Shown here: piece after piece, positions 1 through 11,844 of the stretch
Layout of the letters: every line of letters begins with the position of its first letter
How positions within the stretch are numbered: position 1 is the first letter of the stretch
NCBI GenBank assembly: GCA_963733675.1
Contig: CAVTET010000001.1
Location: forward strand, 1,088,001 to 1,152,000
DNA length: 64,000 nt
Direction of reading: 5' to 3'
Source: an uncultured Methanosarcinaceae archaeon
Lineage (GTDB): Archaea; Halobacteriota; Methanosarcinia; Methanosarcinales; Methanosarcinaceae
Position numbers and translations under genes: made by a program
Notes under the pieces: model-generated
The model's input: the letters and a program-made list of their open reading frames with translations, nothing else
Database searches by the model: none
Told to the model about the DNA's origin: nothing

Positions 1-285
1 GGTAAGGCCAAAAGCGAGCCTCAAACCAAAGCGAATGAACCCAAATCGGAAAAAGAGCCCGAAGCTAAACAAGAACCTGAAGCTGAGGCTAATAAACCAA
101 AGAAAACTGAATCAGGAGTCAAAACCAAGCCTGAAATTGATTATAATAAGCCCAAATCGAGAAAAGAGCCAGAGGCTGAACAAGAACCAGATATGAAAGA
201 AGAATCTGAGGCTAAACAAAAATCAGAGACTAAATCCGAATCTGTAACCAAGAAGGAGACAAAATTAAAACCTAAGCCCACATAA
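1..285 (+). CDS. 3' end of upstream gene, probably N-ATPase subunit b with a Lys/Glu/Pro-rich tail (partial)
   Basis: Open frame 1 GKAKSEPQTKANEPKSEKEPEAKQEPEAE...KLKPKPT, TAA at 283-285, 13 bp before atpA. In N-ATPase operons atpF precedes atpA. Confidence 0.6.
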   Translation, partial: GKAKSEPQTKANEPKSEKEPEAKQEPEAEANKPKKTESGVKTKPEIDYNKPKSRKEPEAEQEPDMKEESEAKQKSETKSESVTKKETKLKPKPT

Positions 286-298
286 AGAGTAAACGAGC

Positions 299-1927
299 AT
301 GAAACCTAAAAGTCTTAAAGACGTTTTCGATAATGTTTTCAACGAAATAGACAAGGCCAGAGAATCAATAACCCCTAAGCTCACTCTACAGGAAGTAGGC
401 AGTATTTTAACAGTCTCTACAGGCATCTCAAATGTCTCCGGCCTTCCTACTGTAGGTTTCGACGAACTTATTAAGTTTCCAGGGAATTTGTTTGGGATCG
501 CTTTTAACGTTGATGAAAAAGAAATCGGTACCGTTTTACTGGGTGAGTACTCACATCTGCATGCGGGAGATCAAGTTGAACGTACTCAACGAGTTCTGGA
601 TGTTGCTGTAGGCGAAGAATTGATTGGACGAGTTATTGATCCGCTAGGTCGTCCACTTGATGACAAAGGACCAATAATTTTCAGTAAGCGCCTGCCTATC
701 GAGCGACCCAGTCCAGCAATTATGGATCGTGCTCCTGTCAGCGTACCTCTTCAGGCTGGTATCAAAGTTATTGACGCCTTAATTCCTATAGGGCGTGGTC
801 AGAGAGAGTTGATTATGGGTGACCGCCAGACTGGAAAAACTGCAATCGCAATCGATACTATCCTCAATCAGCGCAATTTTAACGTCCTGTGCGTTTATTG
901 TGCCATTGGTCAGCGTACGTCCGCAGTGGCCAGAGTCGTGGCAAACTTACGGGAAAGGGGTGCAATGGATTACACGATTGTTGTTGTAACTGAAGGCAAT
1001 GACTCATCCGGGCTAATCTATATCGCTCCTTATGCAGCGACCAGCATTGCAGAGTATTTTATGGAAGCTGGCCGAGACGTGTTGATTGTTTACGACGACC
1101 TAACCAATCACGCACGTGCCTATCGTGAACTATCTCTCTTACTTCGCCGTCCTCCAGGACGTGAAGCATATCCTGGGGATATTTTTTATATTCACTCTCG
1201 TTTACTGGAGCGCTCTACACACCTACTAAAAGAGCTTGGTGGGGGCTCGATGACTGCCCTTCCCATTATCGAAACCGAAGCGCAGAATATTTCCGCCTAT
1301 ATTCCAACTAATCTGATTTCCATTACTGACGGACAGATTTACCTCTCACCTTCGCTTTTTGAATTGGGTGTGCTACCAGCAGTTGATGTCGGTAAATCCG
1401 TATCTCGTGTAGGCGGTAAAGCGCAGCTTGTTGCCTATAGAGCACTGGCTGGAGACATCAAGCTTGCCTATTCACAATTTGAAGAACTCGAAGCGTTTAC
1501 TCGATTTGGCGCAAAGCTAGACGAAAACACCCGCAAAGTTATTGATCATGGACGGCGGATCCGTGCCCTCCTTAAGCAGCCTGAAAACTTTCCTGTGTCT
1601 GTGCCAGACCAAATTGTAATCCTGCTCTCATTGAATGCAAAAATTTTCGACAGTGTGCCGCTTGACAAGATGACAGAAGCTGAAGCCTCCCTCCGCAAGG
1701 CGGTAGAAGATATCCCAGCAGAGTTGTGCGACCGATTCAGTGCCGACAAAGAATTGAGCGACAAGGACCGCGAAATTATTCTCAATATCGCTCGCAAAGC
1801 ACTGGCACCCTACCAGCCACAGTTTAAACCTGAGTCTAAGCCGAAAGCTAAAACGGAGGAAAAAATTGAGTCCGAAACCCAAACTAAGGGTAAGCCTAAG
1901 CAAGAACTTAGGAAAAAACTGAGTTAG
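299..1927 (+). CDS. atpA: F-type (N-ATPase) ATP synthase subunit alpha
   Basis: GDRQTGKT Walker [25 protein letters not shown]; charged C-terminal tail. Confidence 0.97.
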   Translation: MKPKSLKDVFDNVFNEIDKARESITPKLTLQEVGSILTVSTGISNVSGLPTVGFDELIKFPGNLFGIAFNVDEKEIGTVLLGEYSHLHAGDQVERTQRVLDVAVGEELIGRVIDPLGRPLDDKGPIIFSKRLPIERPSPAIMDRAPVSVPLQAGIKVIDALIPIGRGQRELIMGDRQTGKTAIAIDTILNQRNFNVLCVYCAIGQRTSAVARVVANLRERGAMDYTIVVVTEGNDSSGLIYIAPYAATSIAEYFMEAGRDVLIVYDDLTNHARAYRELSLLLRRPPGREAYPGDIFYIHSRLLERSTHLLKELGGGSMTALPIIETEAQNISAYIPTNLISITDGQIYLSPSLFELGVLPAVDVGKSVSRVGGKAQLVAYRALAGDIKLAYSQFEELEAFTRFGAKLDENTRKVIDHGRRIRALLKQPENFPVSVPDQIVILLSLNAKIFDSVPLDKMTEAEASLRKAVEDIPAELCDRFSADKELSDKDREIILNIARKALAPYQPQFKPESKPKAKTEEKIESETQTKGKPKQELRKKLS

Positions 1928-2006
1928 GAGTCCACACTGAAGAAAAATTAAGTAATTCATAAGTCCAAACTAAAGGCAAGTCCGAACTGGAAGCTAAGGA
2001 GAAATC

Positions 2007-2915
2007 ATGAGCGAAACCATGGGAAATCTGCGCACAAAGATCGATAGAGCAAACGATCTTCAGTCTGTCGTCCGCACGATGAAGGCTTTGGCAGCCTCGA
2101 ATATAGGACAATATGAGAAATCAGTGAGTGCATTATCTGACTATTACCAAACAGTGGAACTGGGTTTGAGCTTATGTTTCCGGAAAATTGCACTCTTGCC
2201 AGCTCCGACAGAAGGAAAAGGGCAAAAGAATGCACGTCTTATTGGGGCTGTCGTTTTCGGTTCAGATCAGGGGCTTGTGGGTCAATTTAATGATACAATA
2301 ACCGATTACGCGGTCAAGGAACTGGAAACTTTACCAGGTAAAGCTCAGGTTTGGGCTGTCGGAGAGCGCGTTTATTCACGCTTGGCAGATGTGGGCTTGC
2401 AACCGATTGGACTTTATAATGTGCCAAATTCGGTTAAGGCCATTACCCCTCTTATAGGGCAAATTCTTGTGGAAAATGAAAAGCTCCGCAGCCAGGATGA
2501 GGATGTTGAACTACATCTCTATTACAACCACCACAAAACCAGAGTTACTTACGAGCCAGTCAGTCAGCGACTGTTACCGCTTGACGAGACCTGGCAACGC
2601 AATCTTACCCAACTTCCCTGGCCAACCAAAAACTTGCTAGCTGAAGTATTCGGTGACAGTATAGAGACATTGCGGGCACTGATCCGCGAATATCTTTTCG
2701 TTTCACTTTTCCGGGCATGTGCCGAATCCCTTGCAAGTGAAAACGCAAGCCGCCTGGCAGCAATGCAGCGTGCCGACAAAAATATTGATGAACTGCTTGA
2801 CGACCTCAGAGGATCATTTTATCGTGTGCGTCAGACAGGCATCGATGAAGAACTTTTTGAAATAGTCTCCGGCTTTGAGGCCCTGTCTAAATCTCGCATC
2901 TCAGACCGTCACTAG
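2007..2915 (+). CDS. atpG: F-type (N-ATPase) ATP synthase subunit gamma
   Basis: SVVRTMKALAAS, FGSDQGLVGQFN, ESLASENASRLAAMQRA, RQTGIDEELFEIVSG. Confidence 0.95.
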   Translation: MSETMGNLRTKIDRANDLQSVVRTMKALAASNIGQYEKSVSALSDYYQTVELGLSLCFRKIALLPAPTEGKGQKNARLIGAVVFGSDQGLVGQFNDTITDYAVKELETLPGKAQVWAVGERVYSRLADVGLQPIGLYNVPNSVKAITPLIGQILVENEKLRSQDEDVELHLYYNHHKTRVTYEPVSQRLLPLDETWQRNLTQLPWPTKNLLAEVFGDSIETLRALIREYLFVSLFRACAESLASENASRLAAMQRADKNIDELLDDLRGSFYRVRQTGIDEELFEIVSGFEALSKSRISDRH

Positions 2916-2954
2916 GTAATTAGACTCGGAGCCTATTCGAAAAGTCAAAAATGG

Positions 2955-3807
2955 GGTTCCGTTGCAAAAATCCTTTCTAATGATACAATAGAATAAAAAG
3001 AAAACCAAAGATAGTAATATGCTATCTAATTCCTTTAAATGGAAGCATTATGAAGGAGAAATTATCCTATTGAATGTAAGATGGTACTTAAAATATCCAT
3101 TGAGCTATAGAAATTTAAAGGAAATGATGATAGAAAGAGGAATTCAAGTTGATCACAGTACTATAATGAGATGGGTACATCAATATTCCCCTGAACTAGA
3201 AAAGAAGATAAGAAGACATTTAAGACCCACAAATGATTCGTAGAGAGTTGATGAAACCTATATCAAAGTAAAAGGTAAATGGAAATATTTTTACCGAGCA
3301 GTTGACTCAAATGGAGATACAATTGATTTCATATTAAGTGCGAAACGAAACCGAAATGCAGTGAAGAGATTCTTTAAGAAAGCTTTGAGTTCTAATCATA
3401 ACCAAATTCCAAAGGTAATAACCGTTGATAAGAATCCAGCTTATCCACCTGCTATAGATGAACTGAATAATGATAAAATACTACCTAAAAACGTAGGTAT
3501 TCGACAAATCAAGTATTTGAATAACATTATAGAACAAGATCATAGATCTATAAAACGGATAATTGTTCCAATGTTAGGATTCCAGTCTTTTCGATTTGCT
3601 AATAAGACTTTAAAAGGAATTGAAGCTATGAATATGATCAAAAAAGAACAAGTAAATGATTTAAATTACTTTGGTTTTGATGAAGTCAAATACATTAATC
3701 AATTGTTTGGTATAGTTTTATAATATTAATATATTTTTCTTGAATATTTTAACTTTTTTATACTCATAGATTTACATATTTTTTTTTGAATTTTTTGCAA
3801 TGGAACC
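2955..3807 (+). mobile_element. IS6-family element; transposase 3019-3723 interrupted by one in-frame TAG (3241-3243)
   Basis: TIRs GGTTCCGTTGCAAA / TTGCAATGGAACC; VDETYIK, ITVDKNPAY and YLNNIIEQDHR motifs, all in one frame. Confidence 0.95.
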
Positions 3808-5049
3808 CAAAAAAGGATCGACTTATCCAGCAGAAGTGATGTGCTCGCAAACATAATTTCCAGACTAGAATGTAAGAGACCGTAAGAACTGACATATGAT
3901 CAATGAAAATCCAATATCATGAGGATAGAAATAAATGAAAATTAAGAAATTATTTAATCTATAAATTGAACTTATCTAATTTATCTCGCTATCCAAGCTA
4001 CTGAATCCTGTGATACTAACTGAATCAAAAAAAATCCAAGAAATGTTGAGAAATAATATTTACTTAGAACTGCTAAGAATATTTTAGTAGTCCATTTCAA
4101 AAATATTAACTAGGTTTCGATATTAATATCCTACTTTCTGCAGATGTACATAAAAATTCCATAACTTTTTTCAATATGAGAACCGCTTCAAAAAATCGAT
4201 CAAAATTTCAAGGAATAAAAGTGAGCAAGTAGACAAACAAATTATACATATGTTTAAATCACGGAATATCGGATGCATATTAAAAAAGGTTTTATCTACG
4301 AATATGTTCTAAATAATCCATCATAAGAACTTTATTATTTGTAATATAAATGTATTATATAGAACATTATTTTGTTAAAGTCAGTTATGGAATTACAGCA
4401 TAATCATGAAACCGGTAATCAGTAAGGATATATTCAGACTTTTAACAGACGAAATTGAAGCATTATGCAATATCCCATCAAATTTACTCCTGAACAACTT
4501 AACAAAATTTAATCGAGATAGACATCAGGTGCAAATCTATCGATTAATATATATAAAAAATCTAAAATATAATCGAACAAAAAAATCACACAATAGTTTA
4601 GAAGATCACGCATAATTTCCACTTACGAACTCTACAATATTAAATTTTCTAGTGTGTACTTAAAAAAATGGAATAAATAGGCATCGATAAAGTTTTTTCT
4701 TGTGATTTATTGAAGAAAAATTGTGAATGAATGGGATTAACCATTTAGAACTACGGCAAATAGGAATATTAGCGGCATTTTCCTTTATTTTGTGTTTTCC
4801 TTTCATATCTCCAGCTAAATACATTATAATCTAAGTATGATCTAATGAACAAATGACAGAAAATTTCTTAATGAACCATTCCCAAAGCTGCTTTATTCTG
4901 GATCGTTAAGAATTTCCAGTATCTTTTTTCATGATCGAAACTCGATTGGATTATTCGAGATACATAATTCAAAAATCAAATTACGAAAGAATCAAATGGA
5001 AATGTTTACTTACAATAAAATCCCACTCTGAATCTTGTGAGGTATATTT

Positions 5050-6027
5050 TTGAACATGGGAACCTTGGTAAAAGCCATTGCAGTCCTTTTACTGTTCACA
5101 GCAGGGGTGCTTCTGGTCCATACTTACTGGATATATATCATACCTATTCTGGAAGAAACCTTAGGAACACTCCAGGAAACTCGTATACATTACGTTATAC
5201 CGGCTGTCTTAGTCTACTTGCTTAGCGTGTACTTATTTGCAATTCGCTGGCAAAAGGTTCTCTTTTGTATTGGTTATAATCTAAAAGCCACAAGTCTTGT
5301 CCCCATTTATTTTGGAGCAATATTCATGAATAACATTACTCCGGCGAATATGACAGGTGGAGAGCCTCTCAGGATACTTTGGGCCAACAAACTTTTTGGG
5401 ATAAGCTATACTAACGCTTTTAAAACAATTCTTTTCGAAAGACTGGTTGAAGCAATACCAATTGCGCTTTTATTAATTTATGTTCTATACTCATTTCCCT
5501 CTTTTGATATCAAATTTCTACCCCTTACAAGTAGTTTAACTTTAGACTCAATTCATCTAATACTCTTAGTTTTCCTAGCAGTAGGAATGGCAATCTGGTT
5601 TCTCAGAGCGAAGTTTGCTTCCCTACTTAGAAATCTGCAGAAAAATTGGAAACAGCTTAAAAAATCGTTTACATCTGTTTTGCTTCTATCTTTCGGTGTT
5701 TGGGCCCTTGATATAATACGTCTAAAATTGGTTGCCTTAGCCCTTAATATTCACCTCCCTTTAAATCTTATTATAACAGTCTCAATCCTATCCTTTCTTC
5801 TAGGACTCCTGCCATTAACTCCTGGAGGTCTTGGAATAATTGAAGGTGGTCTGGTTTCTCTGCTTTTATATTCTGGGTTACCTCTAGCATCTGCAGGCAG
5901 TTTCGTTTTTTTGGAGCGTTTAATTTCGTATGGAGTAAGTAGTGTAATAGGATTTATGTGCCTATTTTATTATGGAGGATTTAAGATATGGAAAAAATTC
6001 AAAAAAGAAAAATTGACTGATAAATGA
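5050..6027 (+). CDS. Lysylphosphatidylglycerol synthase TM / UPF0104 flippase-like membrane protein
   Basis: RW..L, NNITPANMTGGEPLR, ERLVE, PLTPGGLGIIEG, ERLISY. Confidence 0.85.
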   Translation: MNMGTLVKAIAVLLLFTAGVLLVHTYWIYIIPILEETLGTLQETRIHYVIPAVLVYLLSVYLFAIRWQKVLFCIGYNLKATSLVPIYFGAIFMNNITPANMTGGEPLRILWANKLFGISYTNAFKTILFERLVEAIPIALLLIYVLYSFPSFDIKFLPLTSSLTLDSIHLILLVFLAVGMAIWFLRAKFASLLRNLQKNWKQLKKSFTSVLLLSFGVWALDIIRLKLVALALNIHLPLNLIITVSILSFLLGLLPLTPGGLGIIEGGLVSLLLYSGLPLASAGSFVFLERLISYGVSSVIGFMCLFYYGGFKIWKKFKKEKLTDK

Positions 6028-7039
6028 GTGTTATTTTACCAAATTTTGGTTCAATAGAATGCTCTAGCCATTTCTTGCTGAAACGTTGTTTTTCATGGGC
6101 AAAGATACGCTTTATTGCAAAGAGATTTTCGGTTTTCCTGAATACAGTATCAATACACAGATTTTAAGTGGAAGGATTGGAAATAGATCTTCTAGTTAGC
6201 CTTGTTTGCTAACACCCAATGCTATAAAGAACTTACCTCGAGACCATAAAGAAGTTATTTTACTCTTCTAGACTTATTATAAGAGTTTTTGATTTCTTAA
6301 TATCTGGAAAAAGGTATAGAAACTACAGTTCCTTAGAATTCAGGACTTCAATACTTGGGATCGGTGATTTCAAGAGCAGATCTATTTCTTTTTCCTCATG
6401 AACCTTTGATGGCTAACATAGTTTCATCATTTTCCTGGGTGTGGCATACCCTGTACAGCATATATATATATGCTGGGCCATATATAGGACACATTTTTAT
6501 ATATATATGCACATATTTTAATATATTAGTATGTGTGTTCTGGTTAAATGCAACTAATTTGATAGCTATGCCTATGAGGATTTCGATAAACTTCTATGTA
6601 ATTAAATATTTGAGAGTTTAAACTTTTTTACACAAAATTTTATTCATGAAAATTCTAACCGATTTGGGTATCACGGGACTATCTAATTTTTTTATTTAGT
6701 TGGAGGATAATTTGGTGAAATTTATTTCTTAATTGATTGGAAATCTTCTTGTATCACTTAAGAGCCCATGAAATTATCAAAACATTGTCAAGAGGCCTAC
6801 ATATAGCTGATATCCCAATTATATTTAAACTACTTTTTAACGTAAATGGAGTTGTCTTTCATTCTTTGAACTTAGTAAACAATGTATTTCTCGACTTTTT
6901 TTCAGAAAATTTCTTGGTTTTGCTTAGTAATACAGTAAAGACCATAGTCTGATCATTAGTAACAAAATTATTGATTACTACAACAGAAATAAAATTTAAT
7001 GACAGTTGCAAAGACAACTCGATTATCTGAGTTTGAAAA

Positions 7040-7572
7040 TGAAAAGTGAATGATTCATAATGCTACTTTTATTCATTCAGATCCTGACATTAAAATGCTG
7101 ATAAACCTCGAGAAAATTAAACAAAAACGAGGAAAAGGAGAGATAGTACTTGGGTTAAAAGTGGAGTAAGTAACAATCAGGATATAAACTTCATAGCATA
7201 ATAGACAGGGATTATGAGCTGATCAAAAAATTTAAAACAGCAACCTCATCATTTTATGCTTCTCAGGTAGATTTATTATAAAAAATTAAATGGTTTACAG
7301 ATATAGAGGACACTTTGAAGCAAAATCAAAAGGTTATGATATAACAATGAAAAAAAGCAGTAAAAGAATATCCTCTGTAAATAGAGGATACATTGAGAGA
7401 CGAGAGTATTAAGATCAAAAAACTCTAGGTGGAGGAGTTTTACTCAGTAGCGAACGATATATTAAATCTAGAAAAAATTCTTACTACTAATGTTCAAGGA
7501 GTGGATCGAAAGATGTTGTGTACGTATTTTTGTCCGAATATCTATATTATAAGGGAATAGAAATTTTCTCTA
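7040..7572 (+). pseudogene. Degenerate IS5-family transposase
   Basis: Frameshifted pieces ATFIHSDP, ADKPR, GYKLHSIIDRDYELIKKFKTA...SQVDL. Confidence 0.7.
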
Positions 7573-7573
7573 A

Positions 7574-7936
7574 TCATTTCCCCAAATAAGTTTTTATTCC
7601 TACTAAAATTAAAAATACTCCAAAAGCTTTTTTCATTAGATCCAATGGTAGATTATTTGCGAATTGCGCTCCAAACTTTGCACAAATAATCATAGCTATA
7701 CAAATAATTATACCTGCATACAAATCAGCATTCCCTCTTTTGTAGTATTCAAAAAATGCAAGTATGCCAACCGGTGGAAGTAGTGCAACTAGAGAGGTCC
7801 CCTGAGCTTTTAATTGAGAAAATCCTATTAAATATACTAACGCTGGAATAATAATAACCCCACCACCAATTCCAAAGAAACCACTCAAAATACCTGCGAT
7901 AATACCAATAATTAAATAAATTATTAAATCGATCAT
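7574..7936 (-). CDS. TauE/SafE sulfite exporter family (half-size) protein
   Basis: GILSGFFGIGGGVIIIPAL, AQGTSL; 4 hydrophobic segments. Confidence 0.88.
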   Translation of the reverse strand: MIDLIIYLIIGIIAGILSGFFGIGGGVIIIPALVYLIGFSQLKAQGTSLVALLPPVGILAFFEYYKRGNADLYAGIIICIAMIICAKFGAQFANNLPLDLMKKAFGVFLILVGIKTYLGK

Positions 7937-9891
7937 AAAGCCTCACAGTGCAAACAAATTTATAATAATGTGTTTAAAGTTTTAGAATAACTTTCTTTAA
8001 AACTTCTATAGCCTCTGTTCTTATAATTGAGAAAAAAATGCTGTCAGCAATAAAAATCTAAAAATATTAAAGATTATTTTTGTTATCTTATTTTTATACA
8101 ATATTTAATATTTATCCAATTTTCAATATTAATCTGTGCATTCAACATCAAAAATTAAATCTTTCACTCGTTTATGTGCTCTTTTTCTTCCCTTCTTCCT
8201 GATTTTTCAACATAAATTTATATAACATCATAAGTTGTTCCATCCAAATGTTCCAATGTTTTCTACCTCACTCCGTAGTTCGCTACAAAAAAGCTATTTT
8301 TAATCTCGGAGTATTCTACAAAAATTGTCTTGCTGTAATGTTTTCCTGCTCAGCATGATTCTTTAAAGAAAATACTTTGACTCAGCTCCAACGAAAAGAC
8401 TTTTAGTCAATTGGGGAATAAAGTTCAGCAAGTTTTACTACAATTTACTGAAAAAATGTTATATTTATCTTTAAGAGCGAATTAGCAAGAGTTTTCATGG
8501 ATAATAATTACTCTTAAGAGACTTAAATTCTCCAATACTTAAATGTTTAGAAATTCAGCGAAACTTTCTAATTACTACATAAAATCATGTAATTGTCATA
8601 GATTCTGAATTTCAACAAATTTCTCAATGCGCTATAAACTGAAAATATTATCAAATTGGGCAATGGGGTCAATTTTATGTAAAATTCAATTTAGACCTTA
8701 ATTTTTTTGATCACTATTATACAACTTACACACTTCAAATCAAAAAAAAGTTCAATAGATTTTATGTTTAAATTTATGCTTTAAACAGTTGGGTGTTTAA
8801 TATTTATCTTAAGGCTTAAGCATTGAAAGATGAATAATGTACAATGTAATGCACATAAGACGTTGTTATCCAATTCAGTTTTCCGGTAATTAAACCGATG
8901 TTCTACATATGTACATACCGGTTGAATTTATTTTCATATTTGCCTATTATTATTCATTGAAAATTAGATTAATTTTTAAGCTATTTTTATGTTGAGAAAA
9001 TGGATCACTTTCTTTTATACATCTGCTGGAAGTGAGAATAAAAGTTATCGGAGGACTTTCCATTCTCATAGCAAGCTGGGGTATTCGACGGGAACTAATT
9101 ATAAAATTTATGACTTATATCTATATATATCTCAGTAGTGCTTTTTTGCAGCAAGTTACTTGATCTATAAACAAACAATTTTATTTGAATAGATATTTAT
9201 ACTATAAAAGCACTAGTGTTTATCTAAATAGTTAGATGATACATTTATTTGGCCTCGTTTTGTATCAAATATGGGGGGAAGGTAATTTCAGATAAATTAG
9301 CCAACAAATATTTGTGTTTTAAGATAACCTATTCCATAGCATTTTCAGCGCTTTGAAGCTTCAACAAAAAACAGTTCCAACTTCAACATATTGAGCAGGT
9401 TAATAGCAAGCAAAATGTTTGTAGATGTAGAGAAGACCGACTATCTATATAAGATATAAAATCAGGGCTAAAGACGTCGAGTTTCACACCAAGAAATAAC
9501 TCAGGACAGTTTCGAATTCTGTGTCCCTATTTTGAGAGATATGGAGTTCAAAAGCTCTGTTTTGATATCATAGTCATTGGGATGATTCTTGTAATAGGTA
9601 ATTTTTGCCTAAAAATTAACCTGCAGCTAACCTTCATTATGTTAAGATGTATGCAGTTCAGCTCTCCCTGTCTGGGTTATGTTGATTGGTTTAGGGGGTT
9701 CAAAGCCTGTTGTAGAATGATAAACAAACTAAGACCACTTAAAGATGTTAATATCAATAACTGGCATTAGTTCCTCACTATTCCAAGAATTATAAAAAGA
9801 TTATAAAAAGATTATATTGTGACAGAATGTGAAAAGCAAATTCTTGGAAATTTCATAATTTAATTGCTAAAAATAATTGAAGTGATACATT

Positions 9892-10833
9892 ATGGAGACT
9901 CAAAGGATATTAGTTACTGGTGGAGCAGGTTTCATAGGTACAAATATTGTCAATGAATTAGAAACTAGGGGTCACGAAGTAATCGCAGCTGATATATATA
10001 ATACTAGACGTGAGAATTACATCAGAGCTGACGTCAAAAATTATAGACAGCTTGAACGAATTTTAGAGCAATCAAAATTCAATTATGTATATCATTTAGC
10101 TGCTGAATATGGCCGGTGGAATGGAGAGGATTACTATGAAAATCTCTGGCAGACTAATATGATAGGTACCAAAAATATGATCCGTCTTCAAGAGAAACTG
10201 AAATTTCGTATGATTTTCTTTTCAAGCGCTGAAGTGTATGGTGATTATGAGGGTGTCATGACAGAAGATGTAATGGAAAATAATTCAATTAAAGATACCT
10301 ATCAGATGAATGATTATGCTATCACTAAATGGGCAGGAGAGCTTATGTGTATGAATTCTGCAAAGATGTTCGGGACAGAAACTGTTCGGGTTCGTCCTGT
10401 AAACTGTTACGGTCCCCATGAACATTACACACCATATAGAGGTTTTATTCCCAAATTTATCTACCTTGCTCTCCATAATAAACCATACACTGTTTTTAAA
10501 GGCCATAAAAGAATAATTGACTTTGTTGAAGATTCCTGTCACACCTGGGCAAATATTGTTGACAACTTTATCCCCGGAGAGGTCTACAATGTAGCTGGAA
10601 GACCTGAATGGGAAAAAGATATTAAAGAATATTCAGATCTGGTGTTGAAATTCGTAGGCGTGGACGATTCACTAGTTACTTATGAAGACGCAGAAGCTTT
10701 TACAACAAAAGTAAAAACAATTGATTGTTCAAAAGCAAGTAAAGACCTCAAACATAATCCAAAAGTATCTCCAGAAGTTGGAATATGTAGGACAGTAGAT
10801 TGGATGAAAAAACACTATCTTGTGGGTGAATAA
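9892..10833 (+). CDS. NAD-dependent nucleotide-sugar epimerase/dehydratase
   Basis: TGGAGFIG, HLAA, YAITK (YxxxK). Confidence 0.93.
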   Translation: METQRILVTGGAGFIGTNIVNELETRGHEVIAADIYNTRRENYIRADVKNYRQLERILEQSKFNYVYHLAAEYGRWNGEDYYENLWQTNMIGTKNMIRLQEKLKFRMIFFSSAEVYGDYEGVMTEDVMENNSIKDTYQMNDYAITKWAGELMCMNSAKMFGTETVRVRPVNCYGPHEHYTPYRGFIPKFIYLALHNKPYTVFKGHKRIIDFVEDSCHTWANIVDNFIPGEVYNVAGRPEWEKDIKEYSDLVLKFVGVDDSLVTYEDAEAFTTKVKTIDCSKASKDLKHNPKVSPEVGICRTVDWMKKHYLVGE

Positions 10834-11833
10834 ATTGAGAGATTATACAAGTGACTATGAAGGAAAAAATATACTAGTTACTGGAGGAGCTGGTGCAATT
10901 GGTGGGAATCTCTGCCGTAAACTCTCTGAGATGAATGCACAAAAAGTTATCATATTAGATGATCTCTCATCTTCTTATAATTGGAATATACCAAAGGCAG
11001 ATAATATTGTTTTTGTTAAAGGGAGTATTTTGAATGATGAAATGCTCAAGCGTGTCTTCAAGGAAAAGCCTGATTATGTTTTCCATCTAGCTGCTCATTT
11101 TGCAAACCAGAATTCAGTTGATAATCCTGAAAAGGATCTAATGATCAATGGTATAGGGATTCTCAAAGTTCTCCAGTACGCTCAACTTGTCGAATTAAAG
11201 CGTTTTGTTTATTCTTCATCAGGATGTGGAGTATATGGGCTTGATTCTAAAATGCCATTTGAAGAACATGATATTTCAATCAATCTTCACACACCTTACC
11301 AGGTAACTAAACTTCTTGGTGAACTTTATACCAATTACTTCCATAATCTTTATAATATGCCCATTGCAAATGCCCGTTTCTTCAACTCCTATGGACCAGG
11401 AGAGGTCCCTGGAAAATATCGAAATGTAATCCCCAATTTTTTCTATTGGGCGATGAAAGGAATTCCACTTCCAATTACTGGTAAAGGCACGGAAACAAGA
11501 GATTGGACCTATGTGGGTGATATTGTCAATGGTATGGTTGCTATGGGTGTAGAAGAAAACGCTATTGGAGAAGCATTTAATCTAGGGTCAGGTACTGATC
11601 ACCAGGTAATTGAAATGGCAACTATTGTCAACAAGTTGACGAATAATGAAGCTGCGGTCACTTTCAAAGAACGCAGAGATTGGGATGTAAAAACGAAGCT
11701 TCTTTCCTGTGTGGATAAAGCAAATAGAGTACTCGGCTACACACCTCAGATGAAATTTGAAGATGGTTTAAAGAATGTCCACTCCTGGTTTGAAGAAAAC
11801 TGGATAAATATTGATAAGAGTGCCGAATTCTGA
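10820..11833 (+). CDS. NAD-dependent nucleotide-sugar epimerase/dehydratase
   Basis: TGGAGAIG, HLAAH, YQVTK, RFFNSYGP. Confidence 0.93.
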   Translation: MWVNKLRDYTSDYEGKNILVTGGAGAIGGNLCRKLSEMNAQKVIILDDLSSSYNWNIPKADNIVFVKGSILNDEMLKRVFKEKPDYVFHLAAHFANQNSVDNPEKDLMINGIGILKVLQYAQLVELKRFVYSSSGCGVYGLDSKMPFEEHDISINLHTPYQVTKLLGELYTNYFHNLYNMPIANARFFNSYGPGEVPGKYRNVIPNFFYWAMKGIPLPITGKGTETRDWTYVGDIVNGMVAMGVEENAIGEAFNLGSGTDHQVIEMATIVNKLTNNEAAVTFKERRDWDVKTKLLSCVDKANRVLGYTPQMKFEDGLKNVHSWFEENWINIDKSAEF

Positions 11834-11844
11834 TGTGATGTTTA

